Positions 8,022 to 16,888 of a DNA stretch of 26,776 bases are shown here, in pieces. Within the stretch, counting starts at the first letter, position 1. Each line of letters begins with the position of its first letter. Origin of the DNA: a virus (Duplodnaviria > Caudoviricetes); the IMG/VR virus record IMGVR_UViG_3300049144_000064, positions 1 through 26,776 of that record; one strand, given 5' to 3'. A program made the translations under genes and the position numbers. A model generated the notes under the pieces. The model saw only the letters and a program-made list of their open reading frames with translations. It was not told where the DNA came from and searched no databases.

Positions 8022-11000
8022 TCACCTCTGCCCGAACGCGCTTTGGACGTTGCCGCCACCGTTGACCTTGACGTAGCGGCGGATCATCTCCGCGAACATC
8101 CGCTCGAAGTCGCCACTGCCACCGGACCGCACGACGAGCTCGATCTGTTCCGGGCCCGGCCGGCCGTGGGCTGCACCGGCGCCGCCACCGCTCGACGCAG
8201 CGGCAGGGTCAGTCCAGCCGCCGTACGTGCGCAGCTGTTCCTGGTCCATCGCGGACAAGGACCCGATGCCGGTCGCGGCAGCGCGTGCTCGCAGCTTCGC
8301 GAACCCCGAGTCGGTGTACATCGCGTGCGGGCCTGTGGGGGCCCCTTCGTAGAAGGAGCGCGGCACGTAGGTGCCGTCTTCGGCCTGGACCATCCCGCCG
8401 CCGGCGAAGCCGTTGACGCCGTTGTTGATGTCCTCCAGCAGCGGCCGCCATTTCCGGGTCTGGCTGGCCCGGATTACCATCTCGCCGTCCGAACCAGCGA
8501 ACGGGCCGGCCGACGACAGCGCGAGGATGCTGTCCGACGTCCCGGTGCCCGGGCCGCTCATGACACCGCCGCGGGTGACGTCGAGCATCCGCTGGCCACC
8601 GGCGGCGAACCGCGGCACCGACATGACCTGCCCGCCGGAGGCGTAGCCGACCATGCCGCCCTTCGCGAGCGCGCGGCTCGGCCCGGTCAACGTCGCTGCG
8701 TTCGGCCCGGAGAACGCCGTCTGCACGTAGATCGTCGCCGTGCGCTTGCGGGCCGCCCAGTCGATGTCGCCGTTGGCCTTGTCGGTATTGGCGTTGACGA
8801 TGATGTAGGCCACCGTGCCGTCGGCGTTGCGCTTTGCTTCGAGGGTGCGGTCCTTCGCGGCCTGGTTGAACGCGTCGATCGTCATGTAGGTGTGCTGACC
8901 GTTGGCGTACTGCACAGCGACCATGACCTGCCCCGTGGCGGGGTCCTTATTGCCGTCCACGGTGATCACGCCAGTCGACCCGTCGGCGTACTGCACCACC
9001 GTCTGGATCTTGCCGGTGGCCGGGCTTACGTCCGCCGAGATCGGCACCGCGCCCTTCGTGTTCGCCGCCAGCAGCGGCAGCGCGTTGATCGCGTCCTCCG
9101 CCTGCTTCGTGTCCGCCGTGATCCGCGACGTGATCTCCGACGGGAGCAGCCCGTACTTGTCGGCCAGGGCCTGCGCCTCGTTCTTCGTCAGCCCCATCTT
9201 CTGCGCGATGTCGACGAACCGGTCCCGCTGCGTTGCGAGGCTCTCGTTGACCTTCTGCATGGCCTGGTCGAACGGCATTCCCTTCCGGACCATCTCGTCG
9301 ATGGAGCCGCCCGCCTGTGCGAAGCTTGTCTGCAGCCCGGTCGCCAGATCCTGCAGCTGCGAACCGTTCGCACTGAACGTGTTCAGGGACCCGTCCGCGT
9401 TCAGCAGCGACTTCCCGAAGCCGTCCGCCTGCTTGATCCCCTTCTTCAGCCCCTCTTCCATGGTGCGGAGCGCGTCGTTCCCGGACTGGATCGCCTCCTC
9501 GAAGGTGGCGTTCCGGCCCTCCAGGATGTTCAGCACGTCGACCAGGGCCGACAGGCGCTCCTCCGAGCCGGACGCGGCGTCCTTGAGGCCCTCCATCGCC
9601 GACTCCAGCGCGTTCATCGGCTTCGTGCCGGCCGATGTGGCGATGCCGAGCGCGGCGAGCTGCTGCTGCGCCTTCGCGAAGTCACCGCCGCTCGCCTCGA
9701 TGATGTCGGCCAGCTGCTTCGCGGCGAAGCCCGTGTCGTCCAGGGCGGTGACGGTGCCACCAGCGCCGACATCGAGCTTCTTCAGGTTGGTGAACAGCAG
9801 GTCGGCGCCGTCAGCCAGGTTCGTGTGTTCCTTGGCGGTCTGGCGGAGCTGCGCGACGAGCTGCTTGCTGGCGTCCGTGTTCCCCAGGTAGCCCTCGGTC
9901 AGCTTCTTCACGCCGTCATCGCCGGCGAGCTTCTGGGTGTCGGCGATCAGGTTCCTGGTTCCGTCCGACACCTGGTAGTCGGCGAGCTTCTTCGCCGCGG
10001 TGGCGCGGACGCTGTCGGTGATCGCGCCCTTCGAGTCCCGCAGGGCCGACGCGAGGTCGCGTTCCCGGGCGGCGTGCGCGGCGGCGTCGGTCGCAGCTTC
10101 CTGCTGCTGCTGGCCGAGGATCATCAGGCCCGTCGCCAGCCCGGCGACCGCCAGTGTCGTCGGGGAGATCGCCGCGGCGGCGAGGCTGCCGACCGCAGTT
10201 CCTGCCTTGGCGGCGCCCCGCTCGATGCCGGACAGGTCGTTGCCGGCCGCGCGGACCTTCGCGCCGATGCCCTCGAAGTTCCGGCCGATGTCGAGCCCGA
10301 ACTTGGACGCGATCATCGACGTCGCCATCAGCGTTCCGCCGAACTGGGTGATGCCCTGCGGCAGCGCGGAGAGCAGCGCTGCGAACCCGTGCAGCACGGT
10401 CAACGTGCCGCCGGCGGCGGAGCCGAACCCGGTCAGGAAGCTGATCGCGGCGCCGCCCTTCGCCGTCAGGTCGAGCAGCGCACCGGTCGCCTGGTCGGCG
10501 ACGACGTGCAGCTGCATCAGCGGCCCGCTCGAGCCGTTCGCCAGGTTCGCGAACAGCGTGCCCGCGCGCGCCTCGACCATCCGCAGCGTCCCCGCGAAGA
10601 TCGTCATGCCCTGGCCGGCGCCCGCGCTGCCCTGCGCCGCGTTCGCGAAGAACTCTCCCAGCCCCCGGCCTGCCTCGCCCGACAGGACGCGAACGCCGAG
10701 CAGCGCCGGGTGCGCCGCCTTGGCTGAGGTGACGAGGCCCGGCATCGCACCTTCGGCGAGGTCCGTCACCGCGCCGGTGAGGGTTTCCACCTCGGGCGCC
10801 GTCGCCCGGAACAGGGCCTGGGCCGACGGCCGCAGCCGATCCCACGACGTCTGGAGGTCCGACGCGGCACCGACCAGCGGGCCGGCCATGACCTGCGCCA
10901 TCCGCTGGGAGTCGGAGACGACGTTGCTCGACAAGCTGCCGAACGATCCTTGCACCTGCGCGTTGCTCTGCAGGAGCAGCGCGCTGACCCCGATAATCGC

Positions 11001-11435
11001 CGCCGGAATGATGGCCAGCGCCGCGGTGGTCCCGGCCGCCCCGGCCGCGGCCGCGGCCGGCATGCCCAGCGAGAGGCCGGTGAACATCTTCGCGTCGAAC
11101 GCCTTGTTCGCGCGGCCGGCGACGCGGGACATCTCGCCGTCGACCGCTGCACCGCCGCGGCGCGCGCCGTCGCGCATGCCGTTCTCGATGCCGTTTCCGG
11201 CTGTGTCGCCGATGTCCTGCCCGATTGCGGCGATCTTCTTCTGGGAGCGGTTGAGCTCCTTCTCGATGGTGCTGGTGGCCTTTTGGGTGCCCTTTCCGAC
11301 GCGTGCGGTGAATGTGCCGGAGAACTCGTCCCCTGCGGCGCCGCCAGCGCTCCGTGCCTTCGCCTTCTGGGCGGCGGCGAACTTGTCGCCGTCGCGGTCG
11401 TTCCACTTGACGTGGATGGTTACGTCGTTCGGCAC
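8022..11435 (-). CDS. Tape measure protein (1137 aa)
   Basis: Long Ala/Gly-rich helical protein after the chaperone; C-terminal FAxGG repeats and GPGTGTSDSILA motif. Confidence 0.92.
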   Translation of the reverse strand: MPNDVTIHVKWNDRDGDKFAAAQKAKARSAGGAAGDEFSGTFTARVGKGTQKATSTIEKELNRSQKKIAAIGQDIGDTAGNGIENGMRDGARRGGAAVDGEMSRVAGRANKAFDAKMFTGLSLGMPAAAAAGAAGTTAALAIIPAAIIGVSALLLQSNAQVQGSFGSLSSNVVSDSQRMAQVMAGPLVGAASDLQTSWDRLRPSAQALFRATAPEVETLTGAVTDLAEGAMPGLVTSAKAAHPALLGVRVLSGEAGRGLGEFFANAAQGSAGAGQGMTIFAGTLRMVEARAGTLFANLANGSSGPLMQLHVVADQATGALLDLTAKGGAAISFLTGFGSAAGGTLTVLHGFAALLSALPQGITQFGGTLMATSMIASKFGLDIGRNFEGIGAKVRAAGNDLSGIERGAAKAGTAVGSLAAAAISPTTLAVAGLATGLMILGQQQQEAATDAAAHAARERDLASALRDSKGAITDSVRATAAKKLADYQVSDGTRNLIADTQKLAGDDGVKKLTEGYLGNTDASKQLVAQLRQTAKEHTNLADGADLLFTNLKKLDVGAGGTVTALDDTGFAAKQLADIIEASGGDFAKAQQQLAALGIATSAGTKPMNALESAMEGLKDAASGSEERLSALVDVLNILEGRNATFEEAIQSGNDALRTMEEGLKKGIKQADGFGKSLLNADGSLNTFSANGSQLQDLATGLQTSFAQAGGSIDEMVRKGMPFDQAMQKVNESLATQRDRFVDIAQKMGLTKNEAQALADKYGLLPSEITSRITADTKQAEDAINALPLLAANTKGAVPISADVSPATGKIQTVVQYADGSTGVITVDGNKDPATGQVMVAVQYANGQHTYMTIDAFNQAAKDRTLEAKRNADGTVAYIIVNANTDKANGDIDWAARKRTATIYVQTAFSGPNAATLTGPSRALAKGGMVGYASGGQVMSVPRFAAGGQRMLDVTRGGVMSGPGTGTSDSILALSSAGPFAGSDGEMVIRASQTRKWRPLLEDINNGVNGFAGGGMVQAEDGTYVPRSFYEGAPTGPHAMYTDSGFAKLRARAAATGIGSLSAMDQEQLRTYGGWTDPAAASSGGGAGAAHGRPGPEQIELVVRSGGSGDFERMFAEMIRRYVKVNGGGNVQSAFGQR

Positions 11436-11965
11436 CTAGCTCGCCTCCTCCCGGTACGCGTACTTCTCGGTCTCCAGCACGGCGAGCAGTCGCTCGTCGG
11501 CGTCAAGGACGGCGGTTGGTAGGACGTGGAACCGCTCGGCTGTCTTGATCACCCAGTCGTTGAACTTCAGCTCGCGAGGGGGGTCATGGTCATCGACGCC
11601 TCCAGCTCCGGGTCCGCCGCGGGCTGCGGCGGCTCGGACTCGCTGGCGCCAGGCGTCGATGGCTGCTCTAAAGGGGCGGCCGGGCGCCCCGCCATCACCC
11701 AGCCGTTGAGCATCGCCTGGACGACGCTGTCCTCCGTGGCGAGCATCGTGTCGACGGTGAGGGGCAGTGGGTTGCTCTCGTCGTCGACGAGGTTCCACTC
11801 GACCAGCACGCGCTGAAAGATCTCCAGCTGCTCCTGCCACGTGGTCGCGTGGTCGTAGTCGTACCGGATCTGCACCGACCCGCGGCGAACACGGACCACC
11901 AGGCCTTCAAGGGCAGGGTCCTCGAACTCCAGCCGGTAGATCGTGGGGTTGGCGTTGAATCCCAT
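11436..11965 (-). CDS. Tail assembly chaperone long form (G-T type, about 176 aa) via -1 frameshift
   Basis: The -1 frame after CCCTTTA is open to TAG at 11436, abutting the TMP start (…KTAERFHVLPTAVLDADERLL…). Confidence 0.75.
11567..11965 (-). CDS. Tail assembly chaperone short form (132 aa)
   Basis: LVEWNLVDDESNPLP motif; located between tail tube and TMP; RBS AGGAG. Confidence 0.85.
   Translation of the reverse strand: MGFNANPTIYRLEFEDPALEGLVVRVRRGSVQIRYDYDHATTWQEQLEIFQRVLVEWNLVDDESNPLPLTVDTMLATEDSVVQAMLNGWVMAGRPAAPLEQPSTPGASESEPPQPAADPELEASMTMTPLAS
11669..11675 (-). promoter_or_regulatory. Programmed -1 frameshift slippery heptamer C CCU UUA
   Basis: X XXY YYZ in frame with the chaperone ORF (codons 98-99). 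Confidence 0.8.
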
Positions 11966-11978
11966 GTGGACTGTCTCC

Positions 11979-12386
11979 TTACGACCAGGTGGGCACGGTG
12001 CCGTCGGCGAGCGCGAACGGGCTGTCGTAGGTGAGTTCGCCGGACGCGGAGCGCTTGAGGGCGTAGTCGGTGATGACGCACTCGTTGGCGAGGGTGACGC
12101 CGCCGACGGTCATCGTGATCGTGCGGTTGACGCTGGTCGACGACACGGTGGACAGCACGGCGTGCGCGCGGTTCGCCGACGGGTTGACGACGCCGGTGAG
12201 GGTGCCCGAGGCGTCGGCGAGCAGCAGCAGCCGCTCCATCGCCGACTTGTCCACACCGGTCACGTCCTGGGTGGCGCGCGGGGTCGCGATGTCGAAGTTG
12301 GTGACGTCGTTGCGGATGTCGCGCGGGGTGCCGGTCGCGTCGTCGACCGACAGCGTGGTCATCCCGAGGCCGGAGATCTTGGCCAT
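11979..12386 (-). CDS. Major tail tube protein (135 aa)
   Basis: Position before the chaperone; beta-rich tube-like pattern (PRATQDVTGVDK). Confidence 0.75.
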   Translation of the reverse strand: MAKISGLGMTTLSVDDATGTPRDIRNDVTNFDIATPRATQDVTGVDKSAMERLLLLADASGTLTGVVNPSANRAHAVLSTVSSTSVNRTITMTVGGVTLANECVITDYALKRSASGELTYDSPFALADGTVPTWS

Positions 12387-12398
12387 GATGCTGCTCCT

Positions 12399-12797
12399 CT
12401 ATCCGTTGATGATGCGGTTGACGCGTTCCTGGTTGGTGCAGAAGTCGTCCAGCCAGCTCTCCGGTCCGGAGTGGACGAACGACTGCGCGCCCTGCTCGCC
12501 GCGGACCAGGTACAGCTCCGGCCGGCCGAGCGGGACCCGGTGTTGCCGGAAGCACTTCTGCCCGGCTTCGAACCGGAACACCACCGTGGTCGGGCTTTCC
12601 CGTGTCTCGGTGTGGCGGCGGCTCTTGTCGCCACGGATGAACGCGGCCTGCGTCTGGCCGAGCTGCGTGGTTTCGTCACACGTGGTCTGCCAGCCCTTGA
12701 GGTACCACTCGCAGTTGTCCTCTTCGCACGTCCCGACGCGCCAGTGCGTGTCGAGTGGCGCGGCGATCTCGAAGTGCGCGACACCGGTGATTCCCAT
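12399..12797 (-). CDS. Hypothetical Cys-containing phage protein (132 aa)
   Basis: RBS AGGAG, ATG 12797; TCEEDNC and CFRQH motifs; corresponds to the C-terminal part of track ORF 12399..13703. Confidence 0.75.
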   Translation of the reverse strand: MGITGVAHFEIAAPLDTHWRVGTCEEDNCEWYLKGWQTTCDETTQLGQTQAAFIRGDKSRRHTETRESPTTVVFRFEAGQKCFRQHRVPLGRPELYLVRGEQGAQSFVHSGPESWLDDFCTNQERVNRIING

Positions 12798-12805
12798 TGC
12801 GGCTC

Positions 12806-13582
12806 CTAGAAAGTGACGGCGACGTCGTTGCGGTTGACGACGACGGCGAAGGCGGCGTTGGTGAAGACGCCGGTCGTGACGACGCGGAGGTACTTCTCGA
12901 CGGTGAGGTTGGCGGCGGTCGCGATCCGCTCGAAAGTCGCCCCGGTCGCCGCGGTGAACGCGCCACCCACGACATCTGCCCAGGGGTCGCCGACGCCGTT
13001 GTCCGCGCTCTCCTGCAGCTTCACGGTCACGGACGTCCCGGTGAACGCGAAGACGTGCAGGTAGGCCTGCAGCCCGAAGTTCGCCGGCCCGGTGAATCCC
13101 GGGCCTGACCCGGCGCCCATGTCGACGCCGGTGCCGTTCGTCGCTGCTGCGTCGGTGCGCACCCCGGCGGTGAGCAGCGTCCCCCACTCCAGGCCGTAGC
13201 CGTTGGCCTGCGAGGAAACGTCGAAGGTGACCTCGCCGGACGTCGCACGCTTGAGGTCGTAGTTGAGCTGCTTGGAGACCAGGCACGCCGCCGGACTGCC
13301 GAGGACCGGCGCGATCGGGACCGCGGTGACGAGCTGGTCCGCGGTCGGCAGCGGCGACATGCGCTGGTGGATCGAGTTGCCGGCGACCTCGATCGGGTTG
13401 AAGAACGTGGTCATCTCGATGGAGCCGTCGCGCTGGCCGTAGATCCGCTCGAAGGCCTTCTTGTTGATGCCGGTGGTGTCGATGGTCTGCCGGGGGCTGT
13501 TCACGTTGAACTGCTGGATGTCGCCGGACACGTCGTACCCGGAAACCCAGAGCGCGCCGCCGAGGCCCGATGACTTGCTCAT
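12806..13582 (-). CDS. Tail tube paralog with C-terminal beta-sandwich extension (258 aa)
   Basis: N-terminal half aligns by eye to 11979..12386; ATGA overlap with upstream gene. Confidence 0.7.
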   Translation of the reverse strand: MSKSSGLGGALWVSGYDVSGDIQQFNVNSPRQTIDTTGINKKAFERIYGQRDGSIEMTTFFNPIEVAGNSIHQRMSPLPTADQLVTAVPIAPVLGSPAACLVSKQLNYDLKRATSGEVTFDVSSQANGYGLEWGTLLTAGVRTDAAATNGTGVDMGAGSGPGFTGPANFGLQAYLHVFAFTGTSVTVKLQESADNGVGDPWADVVGGAFTAATGATFERIATAANLTVEKYLRVVTTGVFTNAAFAVVVNRNDVAVTF

Positions 13583-14040
13583 GGTGTCTGCTCCCACACG
13601 TCGTTGATGATGATCGGGACGACCACGTCCATCGCCCTGTATTGCTGGCCGCCCTTGGTGATGTAGCCCGAGCGGGCCGACAGGGGAACGCCGTGCGCAC
13701 CAAGCAGATCGACGAAGCGGGCGTCGCCGTCGAGTTCGAAGTCCTTGTGGACGGAGCCCATGAACGCGCCGGCGGCCTGAACGATCCGGGGGTCGATGCC
13801 GTCCTGCGGGTCGCCGCTCATGTCGGTGGTGACTCGTACCCGGATGGCCAGGCGAGCCGAGGTCGCCGCGACTCCGGAGACCGTCGGGTCGATGGTGTCG
13901 GTGAACACCTCGGCGAACACGCCCTTCCCGGGGGTGTTCATGACCTCGTGGCCGTTCACGGTGTCGAAGAGGCCGCTGCGCTGCGCGTGTGACATCAACA
14001 GGTTCTGGTAGATCGCGTAGTCGATCCCCGGCGCGGTCAT
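13579..14040 (-). CDS. Putative tail terminator (153 aa)
   Basis: Size, alpha/beta pattern and position just before the tube genes; ATGA overlaps. Confidence 0.6.
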   Translation of the reverse strand: MTAPGIDYAIYQNLLMSHAQRSGLFDTVNGHEVMNTPGKGVFAEVFTDTIDPTVSGVAATSARLAIRVRVTTDMSGDPQDGIDPRIVQAAGAFMGSVHKDFELDGDARFVDLLGAHGVPLSARSGYITKGGQQYRAMDVVVPIIINDVWEQTP

Positions 14041-14414
14041 GAGTTCAGCCTTCCCACGCAGCGGTCGATGATCGACGTCAGCAGTCCGGGCACCTGGCCC
14101 TCGAGCTGTTGGGCGGCGCGCCGGAACGACGCGTAGCCCTTGAAGCGGGTGGTGGCGTTGCGGGAACCGGTGCCTTCCAGCCACGGGCCGTAGATGATCC
14201 CGCGGTCGTGCACGATCGCCTCGTCACCGGACCGCTCGGTCGTGATCTGGGTTTCGTAGTACGGCGTCGGGTGCCGGATCGAGGTGTCGAGGTTGAGGTG
14301 CACGTCGGCGAGGGCCTGGCCGCCGATCCGGTCAAGGGCCTCGTCTTCCATCTGCCGCCGCGCGGCGGGGTTGCGTTCGTCGAAGAACGGCCCGGAGATC
14401 GTCACGTCCGCCAC
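14037..14414 (-). CDS. HK97 gp10-like neck / tail-completion protein (125 aa)
   Basis: YGPWLEGTG…FKGYASFRRA resembles the YA.Y.E.GT…F.RPA signature. Confidence 0.65.
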   Translation of the reverse strand: MADVTISGPFFDERNPAARRQMEDEALDRIGGQALADVHLNLDTSIRHPTPYYETQITTERSGDEAIVHDRGIIYGPWLEGTGSRNATTRFKGYASFRRAAQQLEGQVPGLLTSIIDRCVGRLNS

Positions 14415-14415
14415 G

Positions 14416-15465
14416 TCACACCGCCCTCGTCCGGCCCTTGCGGGCCAACGACGACCGGTAGACCCGGGCGCGGATGTCGTCGACCGTGAGCGTCACCGAC
14501 CGCGAGGACTCCCCCGCACGGGTCTGCGTCGCGTACCCGGCCTGCTCGCAGCCCAACGTCACGAGCGCCTCAGCGACGGCGAGCGACTCGATGAGCGCCG
14601 GCGGCGTCCAGCGGCGCACGGGCGCGGCGGTGTCGTGGGCCGCGGCGGTGGTGCCGAGGACGCCGCGCTCGACGAGCAGGGTGCGCGGCGAGTAGATCGC
14701 GGCGCCGGTGGTGTGCGCGGCGAGGACGGTGCCGTCCCAGGCGCGCTTCACGACGAGGGTGTTGCCGGCGACGTCGATGACGATCATCCGCTCGGCGTCG
14801 ATGAGGACGATCTCGCCGACCGCGAAGGCGGTCCCGTCGCCGACCGGGACCGCGGTGTTGTTCGCCATCGCGGTGAGGCCGTCGCCGCCGAGGGTCTGGC
14901 CGGTGTCGAGCTGCCGCCGGCCGGTCACGATCATCCGCTCGGTGTCGACGCGCAGCAGCGACCCGATTCCGATCGTCGAGCCGTCGGTGACGTCCACACT
15001 GGTCTCGGTCGGGTCCAGCGCCTCGGCGAGCGCCGCGACGGAGGCCTCGACGACCGGCGCGCCCGCGTACAACCCGGTGAGGGCGACGGCTTGCTGCTCG
15101 GTGGCCCCGGCCGCGTAGGCGGCCGTGCTGGACAGGTCGGTCTCCACCCGGTCGTACGGCGGCCCGGACGGCGGGTACAGCTTGAGGTCGTCGACGGCGA
15201 GTGTGGTGCCGCCGGCGGTGGCGGCGGTCAGCTCGACGAGCTCGTGCTGTTCGAGCCAGAGCCGCCACGAGGTCGGGGACTGCCGGTTCGGCCAGTCGAA
15301 GGTGACGGTCTTGAGCTCGGGGTAGAAGCGGCGGTGGCAGAGGCCGTGGATGGAGTCGGTGGCGGCGGCGATCGCGTCGTCGACCTGCGCGTCGCTGCGC
15401 GCGGTCTGCGCGCTGTCCAGCGCGCGCTTGACGCGTTCCCGCGTCGTGTAGGCGATCCGTGCCAT
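14416..15465 (-). CDS. Head-to-tail adaptor with inserted duplicated beta domains (349 aa)
   Basis: N-terminal AYTTRERVK…AIAAATDSIHGLCHRRF and C-terminal PPALIESL flank inserted repeats. Confidence 0.7.
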   Translation of the reverse strand: MARIAYTTRERVKRALDSAQTARSDAQVDDAIAAATDSIHGLCHRRFYPELKTVTFDWPNRQSPTSWRLWLEQHELVELTAATAGGTTLAVDDLKLYPPSGPPYDRVETDLSSTAAYAAGATEQQAVALTGLYAGAPVVEASVAALAEALDPTETSVDVTDGSTIGIGSLLRVDTERMIVTGRRQLDTGQTLGGDGLTAMANNTAVPVGDGTAFAVGEIVLIDAERMIVIDVAGNTLVVKRAWDGTVLAAHTTGAAIYSPRTLLVERGVLGTTAAAHDTAAPVRRWTPPALIESLAVAEALVTLGCEQAGYATQTRAGESSRSVTLTVDDIRARVYRSSLARKGRTRAV

Positions 15466-15540
15466 TCCTGTGCCCTTGCTGTCTTGGCCGTGCCGCCCGG
15501 TGGGCGACAGGGAGTGGTGATCTTCAGTTGTGGTGGGCGG

Positions 15541-15747
15541 TCAGAGGTTCAGCGGCCGCCGGTAGCCGCGTCGGCCGCCGTCCTCCCAGACGGAGCCGTC
15601 GAAGCGGCAGAAGCGCTCGCCGTCGGGGCCGGTGCGGAGCGGTTCCCCGCAGTCCAGGCAGGCGATCGGCGGCCGGGAACGCTCGTCGCGGGCCAACTCG
15701 GCGGCCTCGTCGAGGATGTCGAGCAGCCCGTACCAGCCGTCTGCCAT
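15541..15747 (-). CDS. Small Zn-ribbon protein (68 aa)
   Basis: CLDCGEPL…FCRFDG; RBS GGAGG. Confidence 0.75.
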   Translation of the reverse strand: MADGWYGLLDILDEAAELARDERSRPPIACLDCGEPLRTGPDGERFCRFDGSVWEDGGRRGYRRPLNL

Positions 15748-15772
15748 GGCCCCTCCGTCTCGTGGTGGGTGT

Positions 15773-15847
15773 GGCCACCGCGATCGCGTCGCTACCGCCC
15801 AGCTCGGCGACCGCGGTGGCCCTCGAGGTCGGCAGCCGCTGCCGACC
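15773..15847 (-). terminator. Tandem intergenic hairpins
   Basis: 15-bp stem 15773-15787/15807-15821, fully paired only as minus-strand RNA (one G-U), plus stem 15827-15847. Confidence 0.55.
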
Positions 15848-15864
15848 CGGTCCGGTTCGCGGGG

Positions 15865-16287
15865 CTACTCCGCGGTGTGCTGCTCGGCCTGGCGGGCGTC
15901 GTCCTCGAGGAGCCGGTCGACGAGCTCCGACTTGTTGCCGGACGTCGACAGGTCGCCGGGGCGGCTGCGCAGCTCGGCCTTGAGGTCCTCGACGGTCTGG
16001 GCCTCGTAGAACGCGCGGGCGTCGCCGTCGCCCTCCTGGTCCTCGACGTCGGTCGTTTCGACCTCGCCGCCGACGCGGTGCTCGTCGGCTTCAGCGTTCA
16101 CCGGTTCGGGCATGCCCTCGCCGGTGAACGCGTTCGACGCGCCGTGGTGGACGCTGACCTTCGCCATCTCGTTCTCCCTCTGGAGCTGCTCGGCTTCCTT
16201 GATCGGGTCGTTGACGCCGCACTGGGGGCACCGCGGCGCGTCGGGCGCGTACGCCGCGGTACAGCCGCGGCACTCCCACGTGGCCAT
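15865..16287 (-). CDS. Zn-ribbon + acidic linker + SAP-domain protein (140 aa)
   Basis: CRGC…CPQC at the N-terminus; TVEDLKAELRSR…LSTSGNKSELVDRL SAP signature. Confidence 0.8.
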   Translation of the reverse strand: MATWECRGCTAAYAPDAPRCPQCGVNDPIKEAEQLQRENEMAKVSVHHGASNAFTGEGMPEPVNAEADEHRVGGEVETTDVEDQEGDGDARAFYEAQTVEDLKAELRSRPGDLSTSGNKSELVDRLLEDDARQAEQHTAE

Positions 16288-16805
16288 CAGGACAGCGGGG
16301 CCTGGAGGTTCTCCGGCGTGCGACCCGCGCGCAGGTCCCGCAGGAGGTACAGCACCGCGCCCAGCTGCGCGTTCGCGCCGACGTCGGCGACGTCCAGCGA
16401 CACGTAGCTGTAGCCGTCCGAAAGGGACTTCGAGTCGACCTCGATCACGAGGAGCTGCTGGTGCTCGGCCGAAGTGCCGGCGCCACCCGGGTCCGCGATC
16501 GTCGCTGCGGCGGCCTGGGTCTTCTTCGTCCAGGTCTCGGTGCCGGCGAGGGCGACGGCGTCCTTGAGGTAGTAGTGGTCGATGATCGGCAGGTTCGCCG
16601 ACGTGCCACCGGACGCGGCGGTGTGCTGCTTGAGCGTGACCGTCGGGTCGTCGGCCGCGGTGCCCGCGCCCTTGACGACGACGATGGTGACGCCGCCCGC
16701 GCCTTTGAGCGACACGCGCTTGCCGGTGACCGCGGCGGTGGAGAGGTCGACCGGGGCCGCGCCGATGGAGATGTCGACGCCCCGGCCGAGCAGTTCCTGG
16801 GACAT
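16287..16805 (-). CDS. Putative capsid decoration/cement protein (172 aa)
   Basis: Directly after the capsid gene; beta-sandwich pattern (VTLKQH…YSYVSLDV). Confidence 0.55.
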   Translation of the reverse strand: MSQELLGRGVDISIGAAPVDLSTAAVTGKRVSLKGAGGVTIVVVKGAGTAADDPTVTLKQHTAASGGTSANLPIIDHYYLKDAVALAGTETWTKKTQAAAATIADPGGAGTSAEHQQLLVIEVDSKSLSDGYSYVSLDVADVGANAQLGAVLYLLRDLRAGRTPENLQAPLS

Positions 16806-16847
16806 GATGTGCCTTCCTGGTGGGGGTTGATTGCCACTTCGGAGCGA

Positions 16848-16879
16848 GGGCCCGGCGGGGAGTTACTGCCGCCGGGCCC
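16848..16879 (-). terminator. Hairpin downstream of major capsid gene
   Basis: GGGCCCGGCGG / CCGCCGGGCCC 11-bp stem. Confidence 0.55.
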
Positions 16880-16888
16880 CGGCAACGA

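Noticed and set aside
11578-11583. C6 run as the chaperone frameshift site
   Set aside because: It does not fit X XXY YYZ in frame; CCCTTTA upstream is canonical.
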